Shown here piece after piece: positions 40,341 through 52,645 of a stretch of DNA of 64,000 nucleotides. Source of the DNA: Podarcis vaucheri (lineage: Eukaryota); NCBI GenBank assembly GCA_965113315.1, contig OZ220374.1; one strand, 5' to 3'. The notes below the pieces were generated by a model. It had not been told where the DNA came from and ran no database searches. It saw only the letters and a list, made by a program, of their open reading frames with translations. The position numbers and the translations under genes were made by a program. Position 1 is the stretch's first letter. Each line of letters opens with the position of its first letter.

Positions 40341-41358
40341 CTGAAAGAAAAAAGGCACAATTAAAGGAAAATATAGTTAACCAATAAAGTCACCCGAAAA
40401 TGATTTCAATACTAGTAATATTTTGTAGGTGCTCTGAATGACGCATAATCTGTCTCCACATACAACCTATACTTATTTCACCTGAACCCACACAGAATTA
40501 TAGAGTTCACTGCATTTCACCTTCCCCCCTACCCCATGAGTAAAGTATAAAAAGGGGAAATGTTGTTCTTTCTAGCTTTTTTCTCCTGTGTGAATAAATT
40601 TTTCAAATAAATTAACGTGTATTATTAGAACAAGTTTAACATGTTAATGTAATATTATCTGCCCTGCATACCATCAGTTGATTCAGTTTGCTACATTAAC
40701 CCTTAAGAATGCAAGTACTTTATTCAGTGTTTTAACACTGGATTATCCAAATCAGTCACTTCATATAAAAATTATATTAAGTCTACAGAAAAGTAACAGA
40801 AAAACCTTTTTCTATTAAACCTGTAAAAGATTTTGCACATATTTTATTTTTCTCTGTAATCTATATTTAATGCTCACACTGTAATGCATATTTAATGTGC
40901 ACATTTAATATTCCTAAGATATGGTATATTTAACCAATGTGACATGACAAGCCATGTGTCACTACAGAAGCCAAAATGCCAGTGGTAACTTGTCAACTCA
41001 CACATACATCAGAAAACGAACAACATCCCTTATAATATAAATGTATATCCAAAGACAATAATGTGCAACTGTACAGTCATATCCAAGTAATACTTTTCTG
41101 GTTTTTGTTCTTTTATATACTTTGTCCCCTAGCTCAAGATAGGGCCATCCTTTAAGTCAAAATTTCTAGAGCGATGTTTACATTACAAGATAGAAACAAC
41201 AGCTATATAAAGGGGAAGGGGAAGGGGGGAAATGCTTTTGCTGCTTTCAGATGCCAGTCAGTGCAGCAGATACTGAGCTAGCTGGGCCAATGGTCTAAGG
41301 CAGCTTCCTATGTTCCTATATATTATTTCCAGGAGGTCTCACACTGAGGGATGGATTA

Positions 41359-41527
41359 CCGTATTTTTCGCTCTATAACACGCACCCGACCATAACACGC
41401 ACGTAGTTTTTAGGGGAGGAAAATCCGTAGGCATGCCACCCGTAGGCATTTCCTCCATAACACGCACAGACATTTTCCCTTACTTTCTAGGAGGAAAAAA
41501 GTGAGTGTTATGGTGCAAAAAATACGG
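41359..41527. mobile_element. Tc1/mariner-superfamily MITE (169 bp), related to 11354-11883
   Basis: TA TSDs. TIRs CCGTATTTTTCGCTCTATAACAC / rc CCGTATTTTTTGCACCATAACAC. Confidence 0.88.
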
Positions 41528-41954
41528 TACATACATGCACACACACACGCACACCCCACTTCAAACTGTATGTCTAATGATGTACAATAAAATCAATCCA
41601 GTAAATGTTCAATAGAAAGCAGGCAACAGGCTTAACATAACTGCATGCTTTCCTATTTATGAGTTTTCTATTCTTCGCTGTTAAAGTATCACCTCAGGCC
41701 CTTACCTCTTCTTGGTGATCGTTATTTTCTCTCTAAAACCTCAAACAGGTCATTAAAACTTAAACATACTGAGCACACCACACTCTGATGCCTGTCTACT
41801 GGCTTTCTTTCCCCTGATCTTTTATTATCTGTCCTCATCACTTTAGGTATCTATATTAGTTACTGGAAGCCCTCCACCATATAAACTCAGTGCTAGCCAC
41901 ACACAAAAGATGACAACTATAAAAAGAATCCAACATCAATAAAAATGCAAATGA

Positions 41955-42150
41955 AAGATTTATATAGTGCTTCAAATTATTTTAAGTATATTGTTGTGTA
42001 ATCTGTATTCCATATAGTCAAGCAAGTCAGTATTATTATATCCACATTGCAGTTGGGAATGGGGTGAACCTATGAGACAGAGGCTTGCCAAGGGCTACCT
42101 AGTTGAGTCCATCATGGACAGGACATTTCAATCAGGGGCATATCAATTCT
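41955..42150 (-). mobile_element. Old MIR/Ther1-like SINE
   Basis: TATTATTATATCCACATTGCAG...GAGACAGAGGCTTGCCAAGGGCTAC resembles the antisense CORE domain. Confidence 0.45.
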
Positions 42151-42177
42151 TAAGCTAAGGGAACTCTCATACTAGAG

Positions 42178-42440
42178 GTCTTTCTTGTTGGAATTGTCTG
42201 CATTTGTGCCTTAAATATTTTTTCACCTTTAAGAAATTCCCATCCAACTCGGACTCCTTTTTCTTTGAGTATTTCTAACCATGGAATCTCACCCAGTAGC
42301 TCCTTAAGCTTTTTAAAATCAACCTTCTTAAAGTCTAGAGCGCATGTCTGACTACACTCAGCTTCCCCTTACCTCTTGTATAGCGACCCCAAGAGAACAG
42401 GATCACTTTCTCCTATGGTTACCAGTACTTCCACTTCACC
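42178..42440 (-). mobile_element. CR1 LINE ORF2 internal fragment (dead)
   Basis: Minus-strand translation GEVEVLVTIGESD...*...SQTCALDFKKVDFKKLKELLGEIPWLEILKEKGVRVGWEFLK...AQMQTIPTRK matches the CR1 endonuclease-RT linker, with an in-frame stop. Confidence 0.8.
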
Positions 42441-42544
42441 CTTCTGGAGTGATTGTCTGAGTTGGGGGTGGCTGGAACTACTTTGCAGTGTTTCTGGTTC
42501 TACTTGGATTATCGTTTCCGGAGGGTGATGCTTGGGGTGTGCAC

Positions 42545-42686
42545 TTCAGCCCCATGGAGACTTCAATGCTGTGTTCCTCAGGGTTTGATTTAATCCTCTA
42601 TGCTGTTTAATATCTAAATGAAGCTCCTGAGTGGGGTTTTGGAGTAGGTTGTCAGGAATATGCTGACGACCCACTGCTCTACTTCT
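42545..42686 (+). mobile_element. L2/CR1-group reverse transcriptase core fragment (dead)
   Basis: Decayed VPQG...MLFNI.MK...G...CQEYADD.LLY with stops and a frameshift. Confidence 0.75.
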
Positions 42687-43760
42687 TAACTTCACTACAT
42701 CAAAAACAGCAACAAGCCAATGGTATTCTGGTTCAGAAACCAAGTGAAAAGCTTCAACACAAATCATTCAAGAGACAAACCTATTAGGTTTTGAAGCTAT
42801 AAATGAGCTGATTTAGCAAGAGTTTTCGGTCAGAGGTAGCTGCTGCAGCTGACAGGTAGAAGAAGTAGATATTTTCCATCACATAAAAAACAAGAGTGAA
42901 ATAAACTGGAAAGCACAAGCAGTACAGAAACCAAATTAATAGGCACAGCTACGCTATGTAAAATACAATATTACTGGATAAATTATTTTTAACAAAGTTT
43001 AAAAACAGCACACACACGTACACCCCATTAGCAAACTTGTTATGTAATGCTAATCTGACATGGCGTTTTTGTTCTTGCAGCAAATGTAAAGATAAACAGA
43101 TGGCTTCATTTTAATTCAATTCCCAAAGAGTTTTGAGCAAGCATTCTAGCATATGATGCAAGAAACTAACATTGGGATGAATGCCCTTATTGTTTGTCTA
43201 GAATCTAGATGCATGTTTCTATAGTACGATAAGTCGTTGTTTATTTCAATATTGTACAATTTCAGCTATTAGATGTTAGGATAGCTAGAGGAAACAGGAA
43301 TAAAGAAGTTACAGTAAAAGGCAAGAAGTCAATTTTTCCATACTAAACATCACTCTAAGTGGGAGGTTCACATGTTCTCCCTTGCTCCCCCCCCCCAAAC
43401 ACATGTTGCAGTTACAATTGTCAATAATAGCCAAGTCAATATTCACTTGCAAAAGTAATGAAACTATGGAAAGACAGTCTGGCAAAAATCCAAATTTTCC
43501 CCTCTACCCCAGCTGTCCTTTTAGAGAAAAGCATTTCCCACTGCACATCTTATCATCAAATCAAAGCTCATACAACTTCAAAAGCTTATCTTCTTCATCT
43601 TAATGAATGCAGTTTGACAGTAAGGTCACAGCACATTACACACAGAACTGTAACAAGAATTAGGAGCTTGGTTAGAGGAAACAAATTAGTCTTGCATCAA
43701 GTTTGGATTACCCAGGTTCATGCAATCATTCCAAAGACAGTATTACACTAACATATTGGG

Positions 43761-43862
43761 TGGTATTCAACCAAGCAGACCCACTAAAATTAATGGAACT
43801 AATTTATTCTTCTTAATTTCAATTGAGTAAAACTACTCTGAGTAAAACTACGCTGAATACCA
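43761..43862. mobile_element. Palindromic MITE-like repeat (same group as 4905-5021)
   Basis: TGGTATTCA...TGAATACCA termini and internal AGACCCACT.AAATTAATG / TTAATTTCAAT symmetry. Confidence 0.5.
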
Positions 43863-44232
43863 ATTTTCTCTGTGCTTCTGAAGGAATCGTTATCGCTCAA
43901 TAAGGATTATGCTATTATAGCTAAGTCTATATTCTGGAGGTTACCTACACTTTAGCAACATTGAATGCCAAATAACATGTGAAGTGTAGAGCGCAAAAGC
44001 GTTGAATATGCCAAAAGCAAGCCAAAGGCAATTCCTGAGCAATGTTTGTTTTGCATCCCTTTCAGTACTATAACATTATTATCATAAACCATATTGTTAT
44101 TTGAGGGGGGCTGCCATTCAATTAGGCTGCAGTTATGGGATATATGGGAACAGGACCATTCCATCAGTTCTACTGAAAGACCAACTCCTTAGAGCTCCTC
44201 CAGTTCCTGAATATTTTCCATTCCAGATGGTT

Positions 44233-44488
44233 AGAAGAAGAAGAAGAAGAGTTTGGATTTGATATCCCGCCTTTCACTCCCCTTCAGGAGTCTCAAAGCG
44301 GCCAACATTCTCCTTTCCCTTCCTCCCCCACAACAAACACTCTGTGAGGTGAGTGGGGCTGAGAGACTTCAGAGAAGTGTGACTGGCCCAAGGTCACCCA
44401 GCAGCTGCATGTGGAGGAGCGGAGACGCGAACCCGGTTCCCCAGATTACGAGACTACCGCTCTTAACCACTACACCACACTGGCTCTC
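44233..44488 (-). mobile_element. Full-length tRNA-derived SINE (Squam3, lacertid type) with (CTT)n tail
   Basis: The reverse complement begins GAGAGCCAGTGTGGTGTAGTGGTTAAGAGC and ends CAAACTCTTCTTCTT. CpGs are retained, which suggests a young copy. Confidence 0.92.
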
Positions 44489-45269
44489 TCTAATAACCAC
44501 ACTGGTTATTATAAGAAGTACAGTATTTTCCTTCAAAAACTGGCAACTAAGTTTTCTATTGTCCTCTTCCTTCCCATCCTATTTTCCCTTTTGTGTCATG
44601 ACTTAGATTGTGAGTCTGTGGACAGAGGCTGTCTTGTTGTAAATGATTATATATACATCATTCTTGTGAGCCCTTTTGTTGAAGAGTGGGATAAAAATGC
44701 TCTATATAAGCGAATAATAAACACCATTAATGTGTTGCCCCCTTTAAGAATCAGGCTCTATGTAATAGTTAATTCTGTTCAAAAATTATTTCTAATTATC
44801 AATAAAGATAATATATATATTTGTTATTTATTGCTTAATAATTGATCAATGAAATATTGATTGATAGACGTAATATTGTTGTGGAAGGGGAAAGCAGGAC
44901 TCAGTAGGTGGAGTTAGTTTACATCAATTCCAAACATCTGAGTAAATCTAGGCAAATCCCGCTTCAAAACATTCTAAATCACTGCCTTATATAACTGAAT
45001 AAAGATTTGAGAATACCTTTAAATGCCTTAAAACCCTTGAAAATAAGCACTTTGAGTGGGGGAGGGGGAAGAAGCCTGTCATGCATCAAGGGGTAGGGTG
45101 AAAGTTGTGAAAAGATGGATTTGTATTTATTCAATTGGGGTCAAAGTGCAATGCACTTTGTATGCTTCAGCTTTAGTTACACTACCTTAATTGGTGCAAG
45201 ATGAAAGAGTAAAATAGGTATGTTTAACCCTTAAAAGGGGGACAGACACCTTTCAAAAGCTGGCAGGAA

Positions 45270-45272
<3 letters not shown>

Positions 45273-45304
<32 letters not shown>
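45273..45304. repeat. (GT)16 microsatellite
   Basis: Directly visible. Confidence 0.97.
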
Positions 45305-45306
<2 letters not shown>

Positions 45307-45309
45307 ACA

Positions 45310-45545
45310 CAGTCGTACCTTGGTTCTCAAACACCCAGTGACTCGAACATTTTGGTTCCCGAACACCGCAAACCCAGAAGTGTTCCGGTTTGTGAACATT
45401 TTTTGGAAGCCAAACATCCAACACAGCTTACGTGTATCCCAATTGAGTGCAGGAAGCTCCTGCAGCCAATCGGAAGTCGTGCCTTGGTTTTCAAACATTT
45501 TTGGAATGGACTTCCAGAACAGATTTTATTCGAGAACCAAGGTAT
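45310..45545. mobile_element. Tc1/mariner (Tigger-like) MITE with damaged right end
   Basis: CAGTCGTACCTTGGTTCTC ... GAGAACCAAGGTA TIR cores. Confidence 0.75.
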
Positions 45546-48500
45546 ATGGGGAGGGGTGTCATACTACATGTGACTTCGCCTATTTGTTTAACTCTGTTCA
45601 TTTCCAATTACATATGAAGCTCAAGAGGTGTGTTTCAGAGCAACAGTGGGTCTAGGTGAGGGAGACTAGACTGTTCCATTTCCCAAAGCGCTATGACCAA
45701 TTCCCATTTCCTCCCACCTAGACTCCAAGATCAGAAATGAGGCTAGTTGAGGCATTAAAAATTCCGTCCTGCCTTTCTGCTTAACCAAGGCCTGTAAGGC
45801 AGCTCACAAAATTCTGTAATACAAGAGTTCAACAGAATAAAGCAACTACACAACTCAAAATCCATGAAGAAAAAGATAACTAATGTTAAGTTCTGCCAAA
45901 GGCTTTGATAAATAAAATACAAGCCTAAGAAAAGAGGACACTAAAGATAACAAACTTGGAGAATACATGGAAGACAAAATCTGAAGTTTGAAAAACGAAC
46001 CAGAAAGCAACCATTTTTTTCTAGGCAATATTTGTGATTTTTTAAAATACTAAACAACAACGTTCTCACACTATGGGTAAGACTCTTAGCAGATGTCCTG
46101 GCTCACATTCTTGGACAAAAGACTCAGAATCTCCTTTCAAGAAATCCTGGAAGTTTTGTTTTTTTTACTAATTCACCATGCAATCTCTGCATCAGCTCAG
46201 AACACATGTGACATGTTCAAAAGGCAGAATCTAGGATACATGGATTGGCTTAAGCAAAGACATATGATGTGCGCTTTCTGATTGAGCTTGCAAGCAAGTG
46301 CTCCTACAGCAGGGGCTGGGTCTGTTTACACTTGCAATGACAAGTCCTTGGAGATGGGACTCTAGTCCAATCTTCTGACACCCTCCACCTCTGATCTGGT
46401 CACCTACGTGGATTGGCTAGTTAGCTCCTTGGCTACCATAGGAACCCTGGACACTTAGTGAGGTGGCAACTGGTTCTAACTGCCTTACTGAGGTAAAGCC
46501 CTCATCCAGATCACTGTTTGAACTTTCTTAACCACTGCCCACCTCAAGGTGACTACATTTTAATGTGTTTTTAATAATAATGATGATGATGATGATGATG
46601 ATGTGTTCATCTAGAATAAATTGCACCAATCATGGGGATGAACAAAACATCTGAATAAAAAGGTTAAAACTATAGATGTTTGGATCTAGTTATATAGTGG
46701 TGCAAAATTTTAATGGAAAAAGCAAAAAAGGCAGTAATTCCAAGCCTAACTATGAAGCCATGCAAAAGCAACACCCACCAGTTTTATGTTTGAGCAAAGA
46801 GAAACTGAAAATAGCTAAGTTATATTTAATTTTATGCAACTCCGTCTTATTTTAAGCTGTGACTGCCTTTTGAAACAAATAATTGCTATTAAGTAACAGA
46901 TACAATTTCAACAAACTATTTTCATCTGCATCCCCATAATTTATCCTCATTGTGACTGACATTTGTGTCGCATTGGTGACAGAATATATCTATTGAACAC
47001 TGTTATAGTATCCCAGGAAATGTGTTTAGATTTTTAGCATGTTAATATGTATGATCCTCTTTGAGAGGTGATTAACTATTTATGTTCTTAGAAGGAATAT
47101 TTTGGAACTTTGCAGGTTATGCTTGGTGTGTTTTCTACCCAGAGTTTATACAATGTGGAATTAAGTTTTGAATTATCTAAGGCTGAGAAAGAAGCATTTT
47201 TACAAGAACATAGATAATTGTCATGTACTGCATTTTTTCATTCTGCATTTTGTCTCTGAAGAGGTTATGGCAAATAGGTTGGGGAAAGAATCCTGAAAGT
47301 ATGAGGAAGATGATTAAAATTTTGATGAAAAAGAAAAAGATAATTTTAGTATCCCTACTCTTCCATGAGATTTGTATCATCATGCTAATGATGGCACTGA
47401 AATTCTGAGTCGGCAAGTTTTCATTACGTTTTTCTTATTCTCCACTCAAAGCTTCAGCTTACAAGTGCTGTTGGGTTTTTTTGTCAGACAACATGAAAAG
47501 TTTCTTGAACTATAGCTATTTAGCCTGCAGCAACTTTTTGCTCTCTGAACTTTGGAGAGAAAGCTTGTAAAACAAGTGTGGGAAACAAATACTGATACTT
47601 AGCTTTTAGTATACAAAAGCCCTAAAGAGGCTGAGCTTCTAGGGTTGTAAAACAAAATATATCTACTGAAGCCATTTAAGGCTACATTTTTATATACATT
47701 TTTATAAGTGGATATATTTTATATGCACTTACTTGGGAGTATGTCCACATGAACTCAAAGCAATTTACAGCCCATCCTATACAAGACTATTCACAAGTAT
47801 GTATGTTGTTGTTGTTTTTAAAAGGGTGCAAATTAGAATTCCACCAGAAAAAAATGCTGGTCAGAATTAAGATAGCGTTCAGCTGAAATTGAGTTGAAAA
47901 AAAATATTTGGGTTAATCTTTGGGTCAAAAAAGAATACTAAATCAATGTTGACATCCTGAACATTATGTCTGTCCTGGAAGCCACCAAGCAGTAAATCCT
48001 TTTTAATGTATCTTAATTTACAGACATAATCTTACTAGTGGAGCACCCTACTATTCAAAAAATGACTACTACTTCTATTAAGCTATCAAACTGACTATGC
48101 AAATCAGACTGAAAATTGAGCCCTAGAAGGAATGTTGCTGATTCAGAAAATAAATCTATTTTTAAAGTACAATATTTGCTTATTGTGCCAAAATGTTCAG
48201 CAGCAGAACCAAAGCCTGCCGGATTGGGTGCACAACCCTCATGCATCCACTGCATGTAGAAAGTAGGCTTCAGCTCTACACAGCTGATAAACGCTCTACA
48301 CAGCTGATAAACAGCTGATTCAGGCACACATGGTACTTTCAGTCTCAAAGTCAGGACTTCAAAGCGCTCCAAAAAGGCACCAAAAAGGTTCCCCACCCCT
48401 ACATCCTAAAGCAACATTTGAGCTAAATTCCCTCAAGCGTTCCTCTTCTAGAAGGACTTACTTCCCAAGCACAGGGATGTATCTTATAGACATGGTTAGA

Positions 48501-49026
48501 GACACGTCCTGAACATGTATGGTAAAACCGTCTAAACACGCATTTTAATCTTCTAACTAGCAATACACACTACTTCAGAGGTTGCTTCTTGAAACTTGCA
48601 CTTCTATATATTTTCCAATACTTTTGTGTGACTTAACATATGAGCTATTATTAATGGACTGCAGCCAAGTTAAATTTATTATCAGTTAGGGTGCTACTTC
48701 ACAGCAAGCAGTTCTCTTAACCAACAATGTGAACTCCCACTGGCATTTCTGCACCTCCGCAAATGCATACATACTGTCATGTACACCTGATACCAGTTTT
48801 TATATAAGCTAGCAATGAAGAAGCACAGATTTGTTTTATTTCATGTCAACTCCCACACAACAGGGTGCTTTTGGTTTTTAAGTAGCAATCCTCCTCCTAC
48901 AAGAAACATAACCATATAATTTGAGAAACCCAAGGTTCTCCAGCAACAAAAAGCTGAAAAGATGTATGTTGCAATTACAAAGGAGGAAGAGAAAACCAAG
49001 AGCAGTAAATAAAGAAACAAGTGTAC

Positions 49027-49106
49027 CTTCCCTGATGGCTGTAAACGGAGTGCCTTCCTCCTCTTGAAGTCTAATCACCTTTAGCGCCACCAACTTTCCA
49101 TTTACC
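49027..49106 (-). CDS. CDK14: CDK14 coding exon (80 nt, phase 2/1): VNGKLVALKVIRLQEEEGTPFTAIRE
   Basis: Catalytic lysine (VALK) and the diagnostic PFTAIRE helix. Acceptor ctccag|G, donor GAAG|gtacac. Confidence 0.98.
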
Positions 49107-49181
49107 CTGGAGTAATGCAAACAAAACATTACACAAACAAAATTACGTTTAGCACATTTCAATAATAGGTTTTTCTATATA

Positions 49182-49411
49182 CAGTGGTGCCCCGCAAGAC
49201 GAATGCCTCGCAAGACAAAAAACTCGCTAGACGAAAGGTTTTTTCATTCGCGATTTGCCTCGCAAGACGAATTCCCCTATGGGCTTGCTTCGCAAGACGA
49301 AAACGTCTTGCGACTTTGTTAAACCGTTTAAACCGTGCTTCGCAAGAAGAAAAATTCGTTAGACGGCAAAAATTGCGGAACGAATTAATTTCGTCTTGCG
49401 GGGCACCACTG
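49182..49411. mobile_element. Tc1/mariner (Tigger-like) MITE, 230 bp, young
   Basis: TA TSDs. Perfect 22-bp TIRs CAGTGGTGCCCCGCAAGACGAA. Many internal CGCAAGACGAA repeats and intact CpGs. Confidence 0.93.
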
Positions 49412-51700
49412 TACAGAACATCCTATTTCTCTGGTCCAACTTCTGCCACCCATAAAAGCAAGATGCTAGCAGCTTTGAAATATTCAACTTATCAAATCTT
49501 TATCTCAGGTATACCAAATTATAGCATTAAAATAAAATGCTTTACAAAGTTAGAGTAATGAACTGATGACCTTCATTCGCCCCACATTTTGAGCTTTCAT
49601 TTTTTAAATTGTAGATCTCTAGTCCTCATAAAAAGAAATTTATGAAGCAAAATTTGCAGGTGCCCTTATAAGCAGTTTTTGTTATTTTTTGGTGAAATGT
49701 GCTGACATGCTTGCTCCCTAGTTGTCAATGTTTCTGTGAGTTGTGATTGATAAGTTCTAAATAATTTTGGGTTACTTCACAACACTGAGTATCTCTGCTA
49801 TATGATTCACCTCCCCATAGCTTTTTGGATTGAACAATTTTGCTGTAATTTGAGAGAGGCTTCAAGATTCAACTGATCATGGATAACTTGAGTACTGACC
49901 TTTGTTATTATTTATATGACCTATCATTATGAATTAAGAGCTGACCTAATAATTTTGTTAAGATTTTTAAAATACCTTTAGGGATGTGGGGTGAATAGTT
50001 ATTCAATCAGGTTTTCAGGTGGTTGAAAACAAACTGATTCAGTTAAAAGCAATATTGGTATGATTTTGCTTTTCCAGCTGTTTCTACTGATGCAATTTTA
50101 AATCCCCTCATGCCTTGTGAAACGTGCAGATGTGGCTATCACAGTATTTCCTTTCAGCCAATACAGGATAATTTGAGATGCTGAAAATGAACTACACAGC
50201 CTATTAAAATCTGCTTGTACATTTATTTGGAATGTAATCTGATCAGTATTTCCCAATAGTTTTTTCCATGTTTTTGGATGTTCTTAATTTTAAAAAAAAA
50301 TGTTTTAGATTCCTTTATTTTCAATTTCTTTGTTTTGTTGCCTTGATTGCCACCCTCGGCTCCTTCGGGAGGATGGGACAGAAGTTTAATAAGCACGCAC
50401 CATCTAGACTAGTTTACTTGATTTGTACCTCTTGAGCATTTGATTATTAAATAGCCATTGTTTGTAGAGCCACTATAGTGGAAAGAACCTGAGAAGAATA
50501 ACAGTTCTTATAATCTTTTGGACTAATTAATATAATCAAGACAAAAGATGTGTATAGTTGAAATGTTACATCACCCACCCTGATTACTACAATATTTTCC
50601 TCTTATATCTGTTCTTGTCTTCTTACTTCTATCCAGAACTCTGATACAAAAAGCTTTCATCACCCTATTAATTCAGACCAGACAGTGCTTTTCCCAAAGG
50701 CCCCAACGCTGGCTTCCTGTCAAATGAAACACATATTCTTCATCCTTAACTTCCATGGCCTTCCTCCTCTGTTCCCCCACAACCAGTCTCTGTCCCCATA
50801 TATTCTTGTCTAGGACCTTCACTTCTCCAGCTCCACCAGCTTCAGCTGAGGAAAGGCTTACGCTGACTTGGAACCTTTTATTTAAAAAGGAAAGAACCAT
50901 GCTGTTTCTTTATTGACTTCAGGCTGAGAAGAGAAGCCATATGTAAAAAACATGCTGGAGCTGTGCTTCCTCCCTCTATGTTTTATGGGTCTGAAAGGCT
51001 TTGGAAAGGCATGTTGCAATTTAGCATGTGGTCTGATTTCAAGCAAGCAGATGAGAACACACACCAAGTAAGGTTGAGGCATGCCCTACGTGCCGATAGT
51101 TGGACATGTGCAGACACATTCCTTCTTTTTTGGTGGGTGGGCAAAGAGCTGCATGAAATGGGCCCACATAGGTATATACATAACATACATAGGCAGATGC
51201 ACACCTACCACCTCACTATGATAAAATAGCGCTAACATAAAACTTTTCTAATAATTGGCTTTTCTCTTGAAAATTTACTTTGTGTATAACCTCTTAGTTA
51301 TGAAAAATAATGGGCTGCAGCCAGAAACCAATGCTACAACACAACTGGCACTGAAAGTGTTATATAAATGGTTCAAAAAACTAAAAGCATTTTCTTCCAA
51401 AACATAACTGTAGGTCACAGGCCTGCCAATATTGCTCTTTTGGCATTACTGCACTTAGTAATATCCTGCACTTAGCACAACAATAATGGGAAATGGGAAG
51501 AGGCTTGTACTGAATACTCTTCTTCATTCTCTCTACATACTAAAAACATTAGATTTAAAATTCAATCTAAAAAACAATTCAAAACGGTTACCTTCTACTC
51601 CTACCTCACAATATATTTTATTTAAAAATAGCGGAATTGTTTATGAAGCAGCTGGTCTGCATCACAAGTACATAAATGTACATGATAAAAATGTACTTAC

Positions 51701-51795
51701 TTGCTTTTCCCTTTATATACTGTGGCATATGAGCCTTCTCCCAGTTTTTCCAGTTTTTCATAAGAGTCTGCTTTTCCAAACTTGGGACTTGTTGG
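51701..51795 (-). CDS. CDK14: CDK14 coding exon (95 nt, phase 0/2): [31 protein letters not shown](K), glycine-rich ATP loop
   Basis: Manual translation gives [11 protein letters not shown]. Acceptor ttacttag|CCA, donor AA|gtaagt. The ORF track does not show this frame. Confidence 0.98.
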
Positions 51796-52199
51796 CTAAG
51801 TAAGAAAAGAAACGGAGAGATAAAATTTTCAGCACTCACACACTACCATTAACTATGTTGAGCCAACCCTATGAAGAACAACTGTTATTACCAAAACTAA
51901 TGAGATTATACTTTGGATATTTAATGCCTGACATTGTCAGGTACCAAGGGCAATGTCTAACGATATCCATTTAAATATCACTCAGCACTCCAGATGGTCA
52001 CTGCCTATTTCAACAGTATTCCTATGTCAGTGGAGTTGTCAGAAAGACTTAGCCCATACAGAAGAATGAAATTTGGATTTGTTGCAGAATTTCTGTAAAG
52101 ATGAGATTAACGAACAGCTGTACCAAGATGTCCAATTGAGCATGCTTTATTCATTAGACAGCATAACCAAAGTAATTTTTATTATTATTCATTGAACTT

Positions 52200-52645
52200 C
52201 TAAACCACTCTTCATCTAGGTGTCTCCCAGTTTACAATTATAAAATACAAATAAACTAACTATTTCAAACAGTAAAGCCAAAGTGTGAAAAAAGGGAAAC
52301 AAACAGAAGCACATCAGCAGACACAATAATCCCTGTACTCCAGCCCTGAGTAGTCTAATCAGCTCCTCCAAAGGTCTTGATGACAGATGTGTTTTTATCT
52401 GGCGCCAGAAGCCCAACAAAATAAGAAACCAACCACTCCACCAGGGGAAGGGAATACCACAATCAGGCACCACTACAGAAACCCATCCCTGTTGATAGAT
52501 CACTGACTAGGGCCCACTCCGCTGACCTCTATGTCTGGGTTAGCTGGTACAGGGACAAGCACTCCATCGGATAGTTGGGTCACAAGCCATTTAGCAATGT
52601 ATATGTAAATGCTATAAACTTGCTCAGTAGGCAGCAAATCCATTT
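52200..52645 (-). mobile_element. L2-clade LINE 3' fragment
   Basis: The minus strand shows a decayed end of L2 ORF2 (...AFTY..LNGL.P.Y...) followed by TTTCTGTAGTGGTGCC...TGTGGTATTCCCTTCCC and a T-rich UTR. Confidence 0.55.

Noticed and set aside
49184-49558. ORF similar to 59081-59353, and the spaced CGCAAGACGAA repeats (CRISPR-like look)
   Set aside because: Internal repeats of a Tc1/mariner MITE. Spacing is irregular, the context is eukaryotic, and there is no transposase or cas gene.
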